Below are positions 44,660-59,600 of a stretch of DNA of 64,000 bases, piece by piece (position 1 is the first letter of the stretch; every line of letters starts with the position of its first letter). The translations under genes were made by a program, and so were the position numbers. Origin of the DNA: Auanema rhodensis (lineage: Eukaryota; Animalia; Nematoda); assembly GCA_964057225.1 (NCBI GenBank), contig OZ059895.1, positions 19,282,001 through 19,346,000 of the forward strand. Direction: 5' to 3'. The notes below the pieces were generated by a model. That model was given only the letters and a program-made list of their open reading frames with translations, did no database searches and was not told where the DNA came from.

Positions 44660-47600
44660 CGAGTTACATACCACGTGCACATCACGTGTACATTTAATTA
44701 GCATAAATTAAAGTTCACGTAAATTTCAAAGTCATTGTTACCATGCACCAATATCAATAAAAATTTGTTTTTAGACTAATATGGACATGGGGAATCTAAT
44801 TTTGAAAACCGCATCTCTTTATCTTTCACGGGAAGCGAGTTACATACCGTTTGCACATCACGTGTATATATAATTAGCATAAATTAAAGTTCACGTAAAT
44901 TTCAAAGTCATGGTTACCATACACCGATATCAATAATGTTATGGTTTTAGACTAATATGGACATGGGGAATCTAATTTTGAAAACCGCATCTCTTTATCT
45001 TTCACGGGAAGCGAGTTACATACCATTTGCACATCACGTGTATATATAATTAGCATAAATTAAAGTTCACGTAAATTTCAAAGTCATGGTTACCATGCAC
45101 CAATATCAATAAAAGGGAATCTAATTTTGAGAACCGCATCTCTTTATCTTTCACGGGAAGCGAGTTACATACCATGTGCACATCACGTGTACAATAAATT
45201 AGCATAAATTAAAGTTCACGTAAATTTGAAATTCATGGTAACCATACACCGATATCAATAATGTTTTGTTTTTAGACTAATATGGACATGGGGAATCTAA
45301 TTTTGAAAACCGCATCTTTTTATCTTTCACGGGAAGCGAGTTACATACCATGTGCACATCACGTGTATATACATATAATTAGCATGAATTAAAGTTCACG
45401 TAAATTTCAAAGTCATGGTTACCATGCACCAATATCAATAAAAATTTGTTTTTAGACTAATATGGACATGGGGAATCTAATTTTGAAAACCGCATCTTTT
45501 TATCTTTCACGGGAAGCGAGTTACATACCATGTGCACATCACGTGTATATATAATTAGCATAAATTAAAGTTCACGTAAATTTCAAAGTCATTGTTACCA
45601 CGCACCAATATCAATAATGTTATGTTTTTAGACTAATATGGACATGGGGAATCTAATTTTGAAAACCGCATCTCTTCATCTTTCACGTGAAGCGAGTTAC
45701 ATACCATGTGCACATCACGTGTATATATAATTAGCATAAATTAAAGTTCACGTAAATTTCAAAGTCATGGTTACCATGCACCAATATCAATAAAAATTTG
45801 TTTTTAGACTAATATGGACATGGGGAATCTAATTTTGAAAACCGCATCTTTTTATCTTTCACGGGAAGCGAGTTACATACCATGTGCACAGCACGTGTAC
45901 AATTAATTAGCATAAATTAAAGTTCACGTAAATTTCAAAGTCATTGTTACCACGCACCAATATCAATAATGTTATGTTTTTAGACTAATATGGACATGGG
46001 GAATCTAATTCTGAAAACCGCATCTCTTTATCTTTCACGGGAAGCGAGTTATTACATATCATTTGCACATCACGTGTATATATAATTAGCATAAATTAAA
46101 GTTCACGTAAATGCCAAAGTCATGGTTACCATGCACCAATATCAATAAAAATTTGTTTTTAGACTAATATGGACATGAGAAATCTAATTTTGAAAACCGC
46201 ATCTCTTCATCTTTCACGTGAAGCGAGTTACATACCACGTGCACATCACGTGTACATTTAATTAGCATAAATTAAAGTTCACGTAAATTTCAAAGTCATG
46301 GTTACCATACACCAATATCAATAAAAATTTGTTTTTAGACTAATATGGACATGGGGAATCTAATTTTGAAAACCGCATCTCTTTATCTTTCACGGGAAGC
46401 GAGTTACATACCATTTGCACATCACGTGTATATATAATTAGCATCAATTAAAGTTCACGTAAATTTCAAAGTCATGGTTACCATGCACCAATATCAATAA
46501 AAATTTGTTTTTAGACTAATATGGACATGGGGAATCTAATTTTGAAAACCGAATCTTTTTATCTTTCACGGGAAGCGAGTTACATACCATTTGCACATCA
46601 CGTGTATATATAATTAGCATCAATTAAAGTTCACGTAAATTTCAAAGTCATGGTTACCATGCACCAATATCAATAAAAATTTGTTTTTAGACTAATATGG
46701 ACATGGGGAATCTAATTTTGAAAACCGAATCTTTTTATCTTTCACGGGAAGCGAGTTACATACCATTTGCACATCACGTGTATATATAATTAGCATAAAT
46801 TAAAGTTCACGTAAATTTCAAAGTCATGGTTACCATGCACCAATATCAATAAAAATTTGTTTTTAGACTAATATGGACATGGGGAATCTAATTATGAAAA
46901 CCGCATATCTTTATCTTTCACGGGAAGCGAGTTACATACCATGTGCACATCACGTGTACATTTAATTAGCATAAATTAAAGTTCACGTAAATTTCAAAGT
47001 CATGGTTACCATGCACCAATATCAATAAAAATTTGTTTTTAGACTAATATGGACATGGGGAATCTAATTCTGAAAACCGCATCTCTTTATCTTTCACGGG
47101 AAGCGAGTTATTACATACCATTTGCACATCACGTGTATATATAATTAGCATAAATTAAAGTTCACGTAAATTTCAAAGTCATGGTTACCATGCACCAATA
47201 TCAATAAAAATTTGTTTTTAGACTAATATGGACATGAGAAATCTAATTTTGAAAACCGCATCTCTTCATCTTTCACGTGAAGCGAGTTACATACCACGTG
47301 CACATCACGTGTACAATTAATTAGCATAAATTAAAGTTCACGTAAATTTCAAAGTCATGGTTACCATGCACCAATATCAATAAAAATTTGTTTTTAGACT
47401 AATATGGACATGGGGAATCTAATTATGAAAACCGCATCTCTTTATCTTTCACGGGAAGCGAGTTACATACCATGTGCACATCACGTGTACAATTAATTAG
47501 CATAAATTAAAGTTCACGTAAATTTCAAAGTCATTGTTACCACGCACCAATATCAATAATGTTATGTTTTTAGACTAATATGGACATGGGGAATCTAATT

Positions 47601-50600
47601 TTGAAAACCGCATCTCTTTATCTTTCACGGGAAGCGAGTTACATACCACGTGCACATCACGTGTACATTTAATTAGCATAAATTAAAGTTCACGTAAATT
47701 TCAAAGTCATTGTTACCATGCACCAATATCAATAAAAATTTGTTTTTAGACTAATATGGACATAGGGAATCTAATTTTGAAAACCGCATCTCTTTATCTT
47801 TCACGGGAAGCGAGTTACATACCGTTTGCACATCACGTGTATATATAATTAGCATAAATTAAAGTTCACGTAAATTTCAAAGTCATGGTTACCATACACC
47901 GATATCAATAATGTTATGGTTTTAGACAAATATGGACATGGGGAATCTAATTTTGAAAACCGCATCTCTTTATCTTTCACGGGAAGCGAGTTACATACCA
48001 TTTGCACATCACGTGTATATATAATTAGCATAAATTAAAGTTCACGTAAATTTCAAAGTCATGGTTACCATGCACCAATATCAATAAAAGGGAATCTAAT
48101 TTTGAGAACCGCATCTCTTTATCTTTCACGGGAAGCGAGTTACATACCATGTGCACATCACGTGTACAATAAATTAGCATAAATAAAAGTTCACGTAAAT
48201 TTGAAATTCATGGTAACCATACACCGATATCAATAATGTTTTGTTTTTAGACTAATATGGACATGGGGAATCTAATTTTGAAAACCGCATCTTTTTATCT
48301 TTCACGGGAAGCGAGTTACATACCATGTGCACATCACGTGTATATACATATAATTAGCATGAATTAAAGTTCACGTAAATTTCAAAGTCATGGTTACCAT
48401 GCACCAATATCAATAAAAATTTGTTTTTAGACTAATATGGACATGGGGAATCTAATTTTGAAAACCGCATCTTTTTATCTTTCACGGGAAGCGAGTTACA
48501 TACCATGTGCACATCACGTGTATATACATATAATTAGCATGAATTAAAGTTCACGTAAATTTCAAAGTCATGGTTACCATGCACCAATATCAATAAAAAT
48601 TTGTTTTTAGACTAATATGGACATGGGGAATCTAATTCTGAAAACCGCATCTCTTTATCTTTCACGGGAAGCGAGTTATTACATATCATTTGCACATCAC
48701 GTGTATATATAATTAGCATAAATTAAAGTTCACGTAAATGCCAAAGTCATGGTTACCATGCACCAATATCAATAAAAATTTGTTTTTAGACTAATATGGA
48801 CATGAGAAATCTAATTTTGAAAACCGCATCTCTTCATCTTTCACGTGAAGCGAGTTACATACCATGTGCACATCACGTGTATATATAATTAGCATAAATT
48901 AAAGTTCACGTAAATTTCAAAGTCATGGTTACCATGCACCAATATCAATAAAAATTTGTTTTTAGACTAATATGGACATGGGGAATCTAATTTTGAAAAC
49001 CGCATCTTTTTATCTTTCACGGGAAGCGAGTTACATACCATGTGCACAGCACGTGTACAATTAATTAGCATAAATTAAAGTTCACGTAAATTTCAAAGTC
49101 ATTGTTACCACGCACCAATATCAATAATGTTATGTTTTTAGACTAATATGGACATGGGGAATCTAATTCTGAAAACCGCATCTCTTTATCTTTCACGGGA
49201 AGCGAGTTATTACATATCATTTGCACATCACGTGTATATATAATTAGCATAAATTAAAGTTCACGTAAATGCCAAAGTCATGGTTACCATGCACCAATAT
49301 CAATAAAAATTTGTTTTTAGACTAATATGGACATGAGAAATCTAATTTTGAAAACCGCATCTCTTCATCTTTCACGTGAAGCGAGTTACATACCACGTGC
49401 ACATCACGTGTACATTTAATTAGCATAAATTAAAGTTCACGTAAATTTCAAAGTCATGGTTACCATACACCAATATCAATAAAAATTTGTTTTTAGACTA
49501 ATATGGACATAGGGAATCTAATTTTGAAAACCGCATCTCTTTATCTTTCACGGGAAGCGAGTTACATACCGTTTGCACATCACGTGTATATATAATTAGC
49601 ATAAATTAAAGTTCACGTAAATTTCAAAGTCATGGTTACCATACACCGATATCAATAATGTTATGGTTTTAGACTAATATGGACATGGGGAATCTAATTT
49701 TGAGAACCGCATCTCTTTATCTTTCACGGGAAGCGAGTTACATACCACGTGCACATCACGTGTATATTTAATTAGCATAAATTAAAGTTCACGTAAATTT
49801 CAAAGTCATGGTTACCATACACCGATATCAATAATGTTATGGTTTTAGACTAATATGGACATGGGGAATCTAATTTTGAAAACCGCATCTCTTCATCTTT
49901 CACGTGAAGCGAGTTACATACCACGTGCACATCACGTGTACATTTAATTAGCATAAATTAAAGTTCACGTAAATTTCAAAGTCATGGTTACCATACACCA
50001 ATATCAATAAAAATTTGTTTTTAGACTAATATGGACATAGGGAATCTAATTTTGAAAACCGCATCTCTTTATCTTTCACGGGAAGCGAGTTACATACCGT
50101 TTGCACATCACGTGTATATATAATTAGCATAAATTAAAGTTCACGTAAATTTCAAAGTCATGGTTACCATGCACCAATATCAATAAAAGGGAATCTAATT
50201 TTGAGAACCGCATCTCTTTATCTTTCACGGGAAGCGAGTTACATACCATGTGCACATCACGTGTACAATAAATTAGCATAAATTAAAGTTCACGTAAATT
50301 TGAAATTCATGGTAACCATACACCGATATCAATAATGTTTTGTTTTTAGACTAATATGGACATGGGGAATCTAATTTTGAAAACCGCATCTTTTTATCTT
50401 TCACGGGAAGCGAGTTACATACCATGTGCACATCACGTGTATATACATATAATTAGCATGAATTAAAGTTCACGTAAATTTCAAAGTCATGGTTACCATG
50501 CACCAATATCAATAAAAATTTGTTTTTAGACTAATATGGACATGGGGAATCTAATTTTGAAAACCGCATCTTTTTATCTTTCACGGGAAGCGAGTTACAT

Positions 50601-53600
50601 ACCATGTGCACATCACGTGTATATATAATTAGCATAAATTAAAGTTCACGTAAATTTGAAATTCATGGTAACCATACACCGATATCAATAATGTTTTGTT
50701 TTTAGACTAATATGGACATGGGGAATCTAATTTTGAAAACCGCATCTCTTCATCTTTCACGTGAAGCGAGTTACATACCATGTGCACATCACGTGTATAT
50801 ACATATAATTAGCATGAATTAAAGTTCACGTAAATTTCAAAGTCATGGTTACCATGCACCAATATCAATAAAAATTTGTTTTTAGACTAATATGGACATG
50901 GGGAATCTAATTTTGAAAACCGCATCTCTTCATCTTTCACGTGAAGCGAGTTACATACCATGTGCACATCACGTGTATATATAATTAGCATAAATTAAAG
51001 TTCACGTAAATTTCAAAGTCATGGTTACCATGCACCAATATCAATAAAAATTTGTTTTTAGACTAATATGGACATGGGGAATCTAATTTTGAAAACCGCA
51101 TCTTTTTATCTTTCACGGGAAGCGAGTTACATACCATGTGCACAGCACGTGTACAATTAATTAGCATAAATTAAAGTTCACGTAAATTTCAAAGTCATTG
51201 TTACCACGCACCAATATCAATAATGTTATGTTTTTAGACTAATATGGACATGGGGAATCTAATTCTGAAAACCGCATCTCTTTATCTTTCACGGGAAGCG
51301 AGTTATTACATATCATTTGCACATCACGTGTATATATAATTAGCATAAATTAAAGTTCACGTAAATGCCAAAGTCATGGTTACCATGCACCAATATCAAT
51401 AAAAATTTGTTTTTAGACTAATATGGACATGAGAAATCTAATTTTGAAAACCGCATCTCTTCATCTTTCACGTGAAGCGAGTTACATACCACGTGCACAT
51501 CACGTGTACATTTAATTAGCATAAATTAAAGTTCACGTAAATTTCAAAGTCATGGTTACCATACACCAATATCAATAAAAATTTGTTTTTAGACTAATAT
51601 GGACATGGGGAATCTAATTTTGAAAACCGCATCTCTTTATCTTTCACGGGAAGCGAGTTACATACCATTTGCACATCACGTGTATATATAATTAGCATCA
51701 ATTAAAGTTCACGTAAATTTCAAAGTCATGGTTACCATGCACCAATATCAATAAAAATTTGTTTTTAGACTAATATGGACATGGGGAATCTAATTTTGAA
51801 AACCGAATCTTTTTATCTTTCACGGGAAGCGAGTTACATACCATTTGCACATCACGTGTATATATAATTAGCATCAATTAAAGTTCACGTAAATTTCAAA
51901 GTCATGGTTACCATGCACCAATATCAATAAAAATTTGTTTTTAGACTAATATGGACATGGGGAATCTAATTTTGAAAACCGAATCTTTTTATCTTTCACG
52001 GGAAGCGAGTTACATACCATTTGCACATCACGTGTATATATAATTAGCATAAATTAAAGTTCACGTAAATTTCAAAGTCATGGTTACCATGCACCAATAT
52101 CAATAAAAATTTGTTTTTAGACTAATATGGACATGGGGAATCTAATTATGAAAACCGCATATCTTTATCTTTCACGGGAAGCGAGTTACATACCATGTGC
52201 ACATCACGTGTACATTTAATTAGCATAAATTAAAGTTCACGTAAATTTCAAAGTCATGGTTACCATGCACCAATATCAATAAAAATTTGTTTTTAGACTA
52301 ATATGGACATGGGGAATCTAATTCTGAAAACCGCATCTCTTTATCTTTCACGGGAAGCGAGTTATTACATACCATTTGCACATCACGTGTATATATAATT
52401 AGCATAAATTAAAGTTCACGTAAATTTCAAAGTCATGGTTACCATGCACCAATATCAATAAAAATTTGTTTTTAGACTAATATGGACATGGGGAATCTAA
52501 TTTTGAAAACCGCATCTCTTCATCTTTCACGTGAAGCGAGTTACATACCACGTGCACATCACGTGTACATTTAATTAGCATAAATTAAAGTTCACGTAAA
52601 TTTCAAAGTCATGGTTACCATACACCAATATCAATAAAAATTTGTTTTTAGACTAATATGGACATAGGGAATCTAATTTTGAAAACCGCATCTCTTTATC
52701 TTTCACGGGAAGCGAGTTACATACCGTTTGCACATCACGTGTATATATAATTAGCATAAATTAAAGTTCACGTAAATTTCAAAGTCATGGTTACCATGCA
52801 CCAATATCAATAAAAGGGAATCTAATTTTGAGAACCGCATCTCTTTATCTTTCACGGGAAGCGAGTTACATACCATGTGCACATCACGTGTACAATAAAT
52901 TAGCATAAATTAAAGTTCACGTAAATTTGAAATTCATGGTAACCATACACCGATATCAATAATGTTTTGTTTTTAGACTAATATGGACATGGGGAATCTA
53001 ATTTTGAAAACCGCATCTTTTTATCTTTCACGGGAAGCGAGTTACATACCATGTGCACATCACGTGTATATACATATAATTAGCATGAATTAAAGTTCAC
53101 GTAAATTTCAAAGTCATGGTTACCATGCACCAATATCAATAAAAATTTGTTTTTAGACTAATATGGACATGGGGAATCTAATTTTGAAAACCGCATCTTT
53201 TTATCTTTCACGGGAAGCGAGTTACATACCATGTGCACATCACGTGTATATATAATTAGCATAAATTAAAGTTCACGTAAATTTCAAAGTCATTGTTACC
53301 ACGCACCAATATCAATAATGTTATGTTTTTAGACTAATATGGACATGGGGAATCTAATTCTGAAAACCGCATCTCTTTATCTTTCACGGGAAGCGAGTTA
53401 TTACATATCATTTGCACATCACGTGTATATATAATTAGCACAAATTAAAGTTCACGTAAATGCCAAAGTCATGGTTACCATGCACCAATATCAATAAAAA
53501 TTTGTTTTTAGACTAATATGGACATGAGAAATCTAATTTTGAAAACCGCATCTCTTCATCTTTCACGTGAAGCGAGTTACATACCATGTGCACATCACGT

Positions 53601-56600
53601 GTATATACATATAATTAGCATGAATTAAAGTTCACGTAAATTTCAAAGTCATGGTTACCATGCACCAATATCAATAAAAATTTGTTTTTAGACTAATATG
53701 GACATGGGGAATCTAATTTTGAAAACCGCATCTCTTCATCTTTCACGTGAAGCGAGTTACATACCATGTGCACATCACGTGTATATATAATTAGCATAAA
53801 TTAAAGTTCACGTAAATTTCAAAGTCATGGTTACCATGCACCAATATCAATAAAAATTTGTTTTTAGACTAATATGGACATGGGGAATCTAATTTTGAAA
53901 ACCGCATCTTTTTATCTTTCACGGGAAGCGAGTTACATACCATGTGCACAGCACGTGTACAATTAATTAGCATAAATTAAAGTTCACGTAAATTTCAAAG
54001 TCATTGTTACCACGCACCAATATCAATAATGTTATGTTTTTAGACTAATATGGACATGGGGAATCTAATTCTGAAAACCGCATCTCTTTATCTTTCACGG
54101 GAAGCGAGTTATTACATATCATTTGCACATCACGTGTATATATAATTAGCATAAATTAAAGTTCACGTAAAAGCCAAAGTCATGGTTACCATGCACCAAT
54201 ATCAATAAAAATTTGTTTTTAGACTAATATGGACATGAGAAATCTAATTTTGAAAACCGCATCTCTTCATCTTTCACGTGAAGCGAGTTACATACCACGT
54301 GCACATCACGTGTACATTTAATTAGCATAAATTAAAGTTCACGTAAATTTCAAAGTCATGGTTACCATACACCAATATCAATAAAAATTTGTTTTTAGAC
54401 TAATATGGACATGGGGAATCTAATTTTGAAAACCGCATCTCTTTATCTTTCACGGGAAGCGAGTTACATACCATTTGCACATCACGTGTATATATAATTA
54501 GCATCAATTAAAGTTCACGTAAATTTCAAAGTCATGGTTACCATGCACCAATATCAATAAAAATTTGTTTTTAGACTAATATGGACATGGGGAATCTAAT
54601 TTTGAAAACCGAATCTTTTTATCTTTCACGGGAAGCGAGTTACATACCATTTGCACATCACGTGTATATATAATTAGCATCAATTAAAGTTCACGTAAAT
54701 TTCAAAGTCATGGTTACCATGCACCAATATCAATAAAAATTTGTTTTTAGACTAATATGGACATGGGGAATCTAATTTTGAAAACCGAATCTTTTTATCT
54801 TTCACGGGAAGCGAGTTACATACCATTTGCACATCACGTGTATATATAATTAGCATAAATTAAAGTTCACGTAAATTTCAAAGTCATGGTTACCATGCAC
54901 CAATATCAATAAAAATTTGTTTTTAGACTAATATGGACATGGGGAATCTAATTATGAAAACCGCATATCTTTATCTTTCACGGGAAGCGAGTTACATACC
55001 ATGTGCACATCACGTGTACATTTAATTAGCATAAATTAAAGTTCACGTAAATTTCAAAGTCATGGTTACCATGCACCAATATCAATAAAAATTTGTTTTT
55101 AGACTAATATGGACATGGGGAATCTAATTCTGAAAACCGCATCTCTTTATCTTTCACGGGAAGCGAGTTATTACATACCATTTGCACATCACGTGTATAT
55201 ATAATTAGCATAAATTAAAGTTCACGTAAATTTCAAAGTCATGGTTACCATGCACCAATATCAATAAAAATTTGTTTTTAGACTAATATGGACATGAGAA
55301 ATCTAATTTTGAAAACCGCATCTCTTCATCTTTCACGTGAAGCGAGTTACATACCACGTGCACATCACGTGTACAATTAATTAGCATAAATTAAAGTTCA
55401 CGTAAATTTCAAAGTCATGGTTACCATGCACCAATATCAATAAAAATTTGTTTTTAGACTAATATGGACATGGGGAATCTAATTATGAAAACCGCATCTC
55501 TTTATCTTTCACGGGAAGCGAGTTACATACCATGTGCACATCACGTGTACAATTAATTAGCATAAATTAAAGTTCACGTAAATTTCAAAGTCATTGTTAC
55601 CACGCACCAATATCAATAATGTTATGTTTTTAGACTAATATGGACATGGGGAATCTAATTTTGAAAACCGCATCTCTTTATCTTTCACGGGAAGCGAGTT
55701 ACATACCACGTGCACATCACGTGTACATTCAATTAGCATAAATTAAAGTTCACGTAAATTTCAAAGTCATTGTTACCATGCACCAATATCAATAAAAATT
55801 TGTTTTTAGACTAATATGGACATAGGGAATCTAATTTTGAAAACCGCATCTCTTTATCTTTCACGGGAAGCGAGTTACATACCGTTTGCACATCACGTGT
55901 ATATATAATTAGCATAAATTAAAGTTCACGTAAATTTCAAAGTCATGGTTACCATACACCGATATCAATAATGTTATGGTTTTAGACAAATATGGACATG
56001 GGGAATCTAATTTTGAAAACCGCATCTCTTTATCTTTCACGGGAAGCGAGTTACATACCATTTGCACATCACGTGTATATATAATTAGCATAAATTAAAG
56101 TTCACGTAAATTTCAAAGTCATGGTTACCATGCACCAATATCAATAAAAGGGAATCTAATTTTGAGAACCGCATCTCTTTATCTTTCACGGGAAGCGAGT
56201 TACATACCATGTGCACATCACGTGTACAATAAATTAGCATAAATAAAAGTTCACGTAAATTTGAAATTCATGGTAACCATACACCGATATCAATAATGTT
56301 TTGTTTTTAGACTAATATGGACATGGGGAATCTAATTTTGAAAACCGCATCTTTTTATCTTTCACGGGAAGCGAGTTACATACCATGTGCACATCACGTG
56401 TACAATAAATTAGCATAAATAAAAGTTCACGTAAATTTGAAATTCATGGTAACCATACACCGATATCAATAATGTTTTGTTTTTAGACTAATATGGACAT
56501 GGGGAATCTAATTTTGAAAACCGCATCTTTTTATCTTTCACGGGAAGCGAGTTACATACCATGTGCACATCACGTGTATATACATATAATTAGCATGAAT

Positions 56601-59600
56601 TAAAGTTCACGTAAATTTCAAAGTCATGGTTACCATGCACCAATATCAATAAAAATTTGTTTTTAGACTAATATGGACATGGGGAATCTAATTTTGAAAA
56701 CCGCATCTTTTTATCTTTCACGGGAAGCGAGTTACATACCATGTGCACATCACGTGTATATACATATAATTAGCATGAATTAAAGTTCACGTAAATTTCA
56801 AAGTCATGGTTACCATGCACCAATATCAATAAAAATTTGTTTTTAGACTAATATGGACATGGGGAATCTAATTCTGAAAACCGCATCTCTTTATCTTTCA
56901 CGGGAAGCGAGTTATTACATATCATTTGCACATCACGTGTATATATAATTAGCATAAATTAAAGTTCACGTAAATGCCAAAGTCATGGTTACCATGCACC
57001 AATATCAATAAAAATTTGTTTTTAGACTAATATGGACATGAGAAATCTAATTTTGAAAACCGCATCTCTTCATCTTTCACGTGAAGCGAGTTACATACCA
57101 TGTGCACATCACGTGTATATATAATTAGCATAAATTAAAGTTCACGTAAATTTCAAAGTCATGGTTACCATGCACCAATATCAATAAAAATTTGTTTTTA
57201 GACTAATATGGACATGGGGAATCTAATTTTGAAAACCGCATCTTTTTATCTTTCACGGGAAGCGAGTTACATACCATGTGCACAGCACGTGTACAATTAA
57301 TTAGCATAAATTAAAGTTCACGTAAATTTCAAAGTCATTGTTACCACGCACCAATATCAATAATGTTATGTTTTTAGACTAATATGGACATGGGGAATCT
57401 AATTCTGAAAACCGCATCTCTTTATCTTTCACGGGAAGCGAGTTATTACATATCATTTGCACATCACGTGTATATATAATTAGCATAAATTAAAGTTCAC
57501 GTAAATGCCAAAGTCATGGTTACCATGCACCAATATCAATAAAAATTTGTTTTTAGACTAATATGGACATGAGAAATCTAATTTTGAAAACCGCATCTCT
57601 TCATCTTTCACGTGAAGCGAGTTACATACCACGTGCACATCACGTGTACATTTAATTAGCATAAATTAAAGTTCACGTAAATTTCAAAGTCATGGTTACC
57701 ATACACCAATATCAATAAAAATTTGTTTTTAGACTAATATGGACATAGGGAATCTAATTTTGAAAACCGCATCTCTTTATCTTTCACGGGAAGCGAGTTA
57801 CATACCGTTTGCACATCACGTGTATATATAATTAGCATAAATTAAAGTTCACGTAAATTTCAAAGTCATGGTTACCATACACCGATATCAATAATGTTAT
57901 GGTTTTAGACTAATATGGACATGGGGAATCTAATTTTGAGAACCGCATCTCTTTATCTTTCACGGGAAGCGAGTTACATACCACGTGCACATCACGTGTA
58001 TATTTAATTAGCATAAATTAAAGTTCACGTAAATTTCAAAGTCATGGTTACCATACACCGATATCAATAATGTTATGGTTTTAGACTAATATGGACATGG
58101 GGAATCTAATTTTGAAAACCGCATCTCTTCATCTTTCACGTGAAGCGAGTTACATACCACGTGCACATCACGTGTACATTTAATTAGCATAAATTAAAGT
58201 TCACGTAAATTTCAAAGTCATGGTTACCATACACCAATATCAATAAAAATTTGTTTTTAGACTAATATGGACATAGGGAATCTAATTTTGAAAACCGCAT
58301 CTCTTTATCTTTCACGGGAAGCGAGTTACATACCGTTTGCACATCACGTGTATATATAATTAGCATAAATTAAAGTTCACGTAAATTTCAAAGTCATGGT
58401 TACCATGCACCAATATCAATAAAAGGGAATCTAATTTTGAGAACCGCATCTCTTTATCTTTCACGGGAAGCGAGTTACATACCATGTGCACATCACGTGT
58501 ACAATAAATTAGCATAAATTAAAGTTCACGTAAATTTGAAATTCATGGTAACCATACACCGATATCAATAATGTTTTGTTTTTAGACTAATATGGACATG
58601 GGGAATCTAATTTTGAAAACCGCATCTTTTTATCTTTCACGGGAAGCGAGTTACATACCATGTGCACATCACGTGTATATACATATAATTAGCATGAATT
58701 AAAGTTCACGTAAATTTCAAAGTCATGGTTACCATGCACCAATATCAATAAAAATTTGTTTTTAGACTAATATGGACATGGGGAATCTAATTTTGAAAAC
58801 CGCATCTTTTTATCTTTCACGGGAAGCGAGTTACATACCATGTGCACATCACGTGTATATATAATTAGCATAAATTAAAGTTCACGTAAATTTCAAAGTC
58901 ATTGTTACCACGCACCAATATCAATAATGTTATGTTTTTAGACTAATATGGACATGGGGAATCTAATTCTGAAAACCGCATCTCTTTATCTTTCACGGGA
59001 AGCGAGTTATTACATATCATTTGCACATCACGTGTATATATAATTAGCACAAATTAAAGTTCACGTAAATGCCAAAGTCATGGTTACCATGCACCAATAT
59101 CAATAAAAATTTGTTTTTAGACTAATATGGACATGAGAAATCTAATTTTGAAAACCGCATCTCTTCATCTTTCACGTGAAGCGAGTTACATACCATGTGC
59201 ACATCACGTGTATATACATATAATTAGCATGAATTAAAGTTCACGTAAATTTCAAAGTCATGGTTACCATGCACCAATATCAATAAAAATTTGTTTTTAG
59301 ACTAATATGGACATGGGGAATCTAATTTTGAAAACCGCATCTTTTTATCTTTCACGGGAAGCGAGTTACATACCATGTGCACATCACGTGTATATATAAT
59401 TAGCATAAATTAAAGTTCACGTAAATTTCAAAGTCATTGTTACCACGCACCAATATCAATAATGTTATGTTTTTAGACTAATATGGACATGGGGAATCTA
59501 ATTCTGAAAACCGCATCTCTTTATCTTTCACGGGAAGCGAGTTATTACATATCATTTGCACATCACGTGTATATATAATTAGCATAAATTAAAGTTCACG

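Noticed and set aside
47849-48031. 60-aa minus-strand ORF
   Set aside because: Same stop-loss SNP in the satellite monomer; no gene context.
55909-56091. Identical 60-aa ORF copy
   Set aside because: Its identity to 47849-48031 simply reflects the 8060-bp block duplication.
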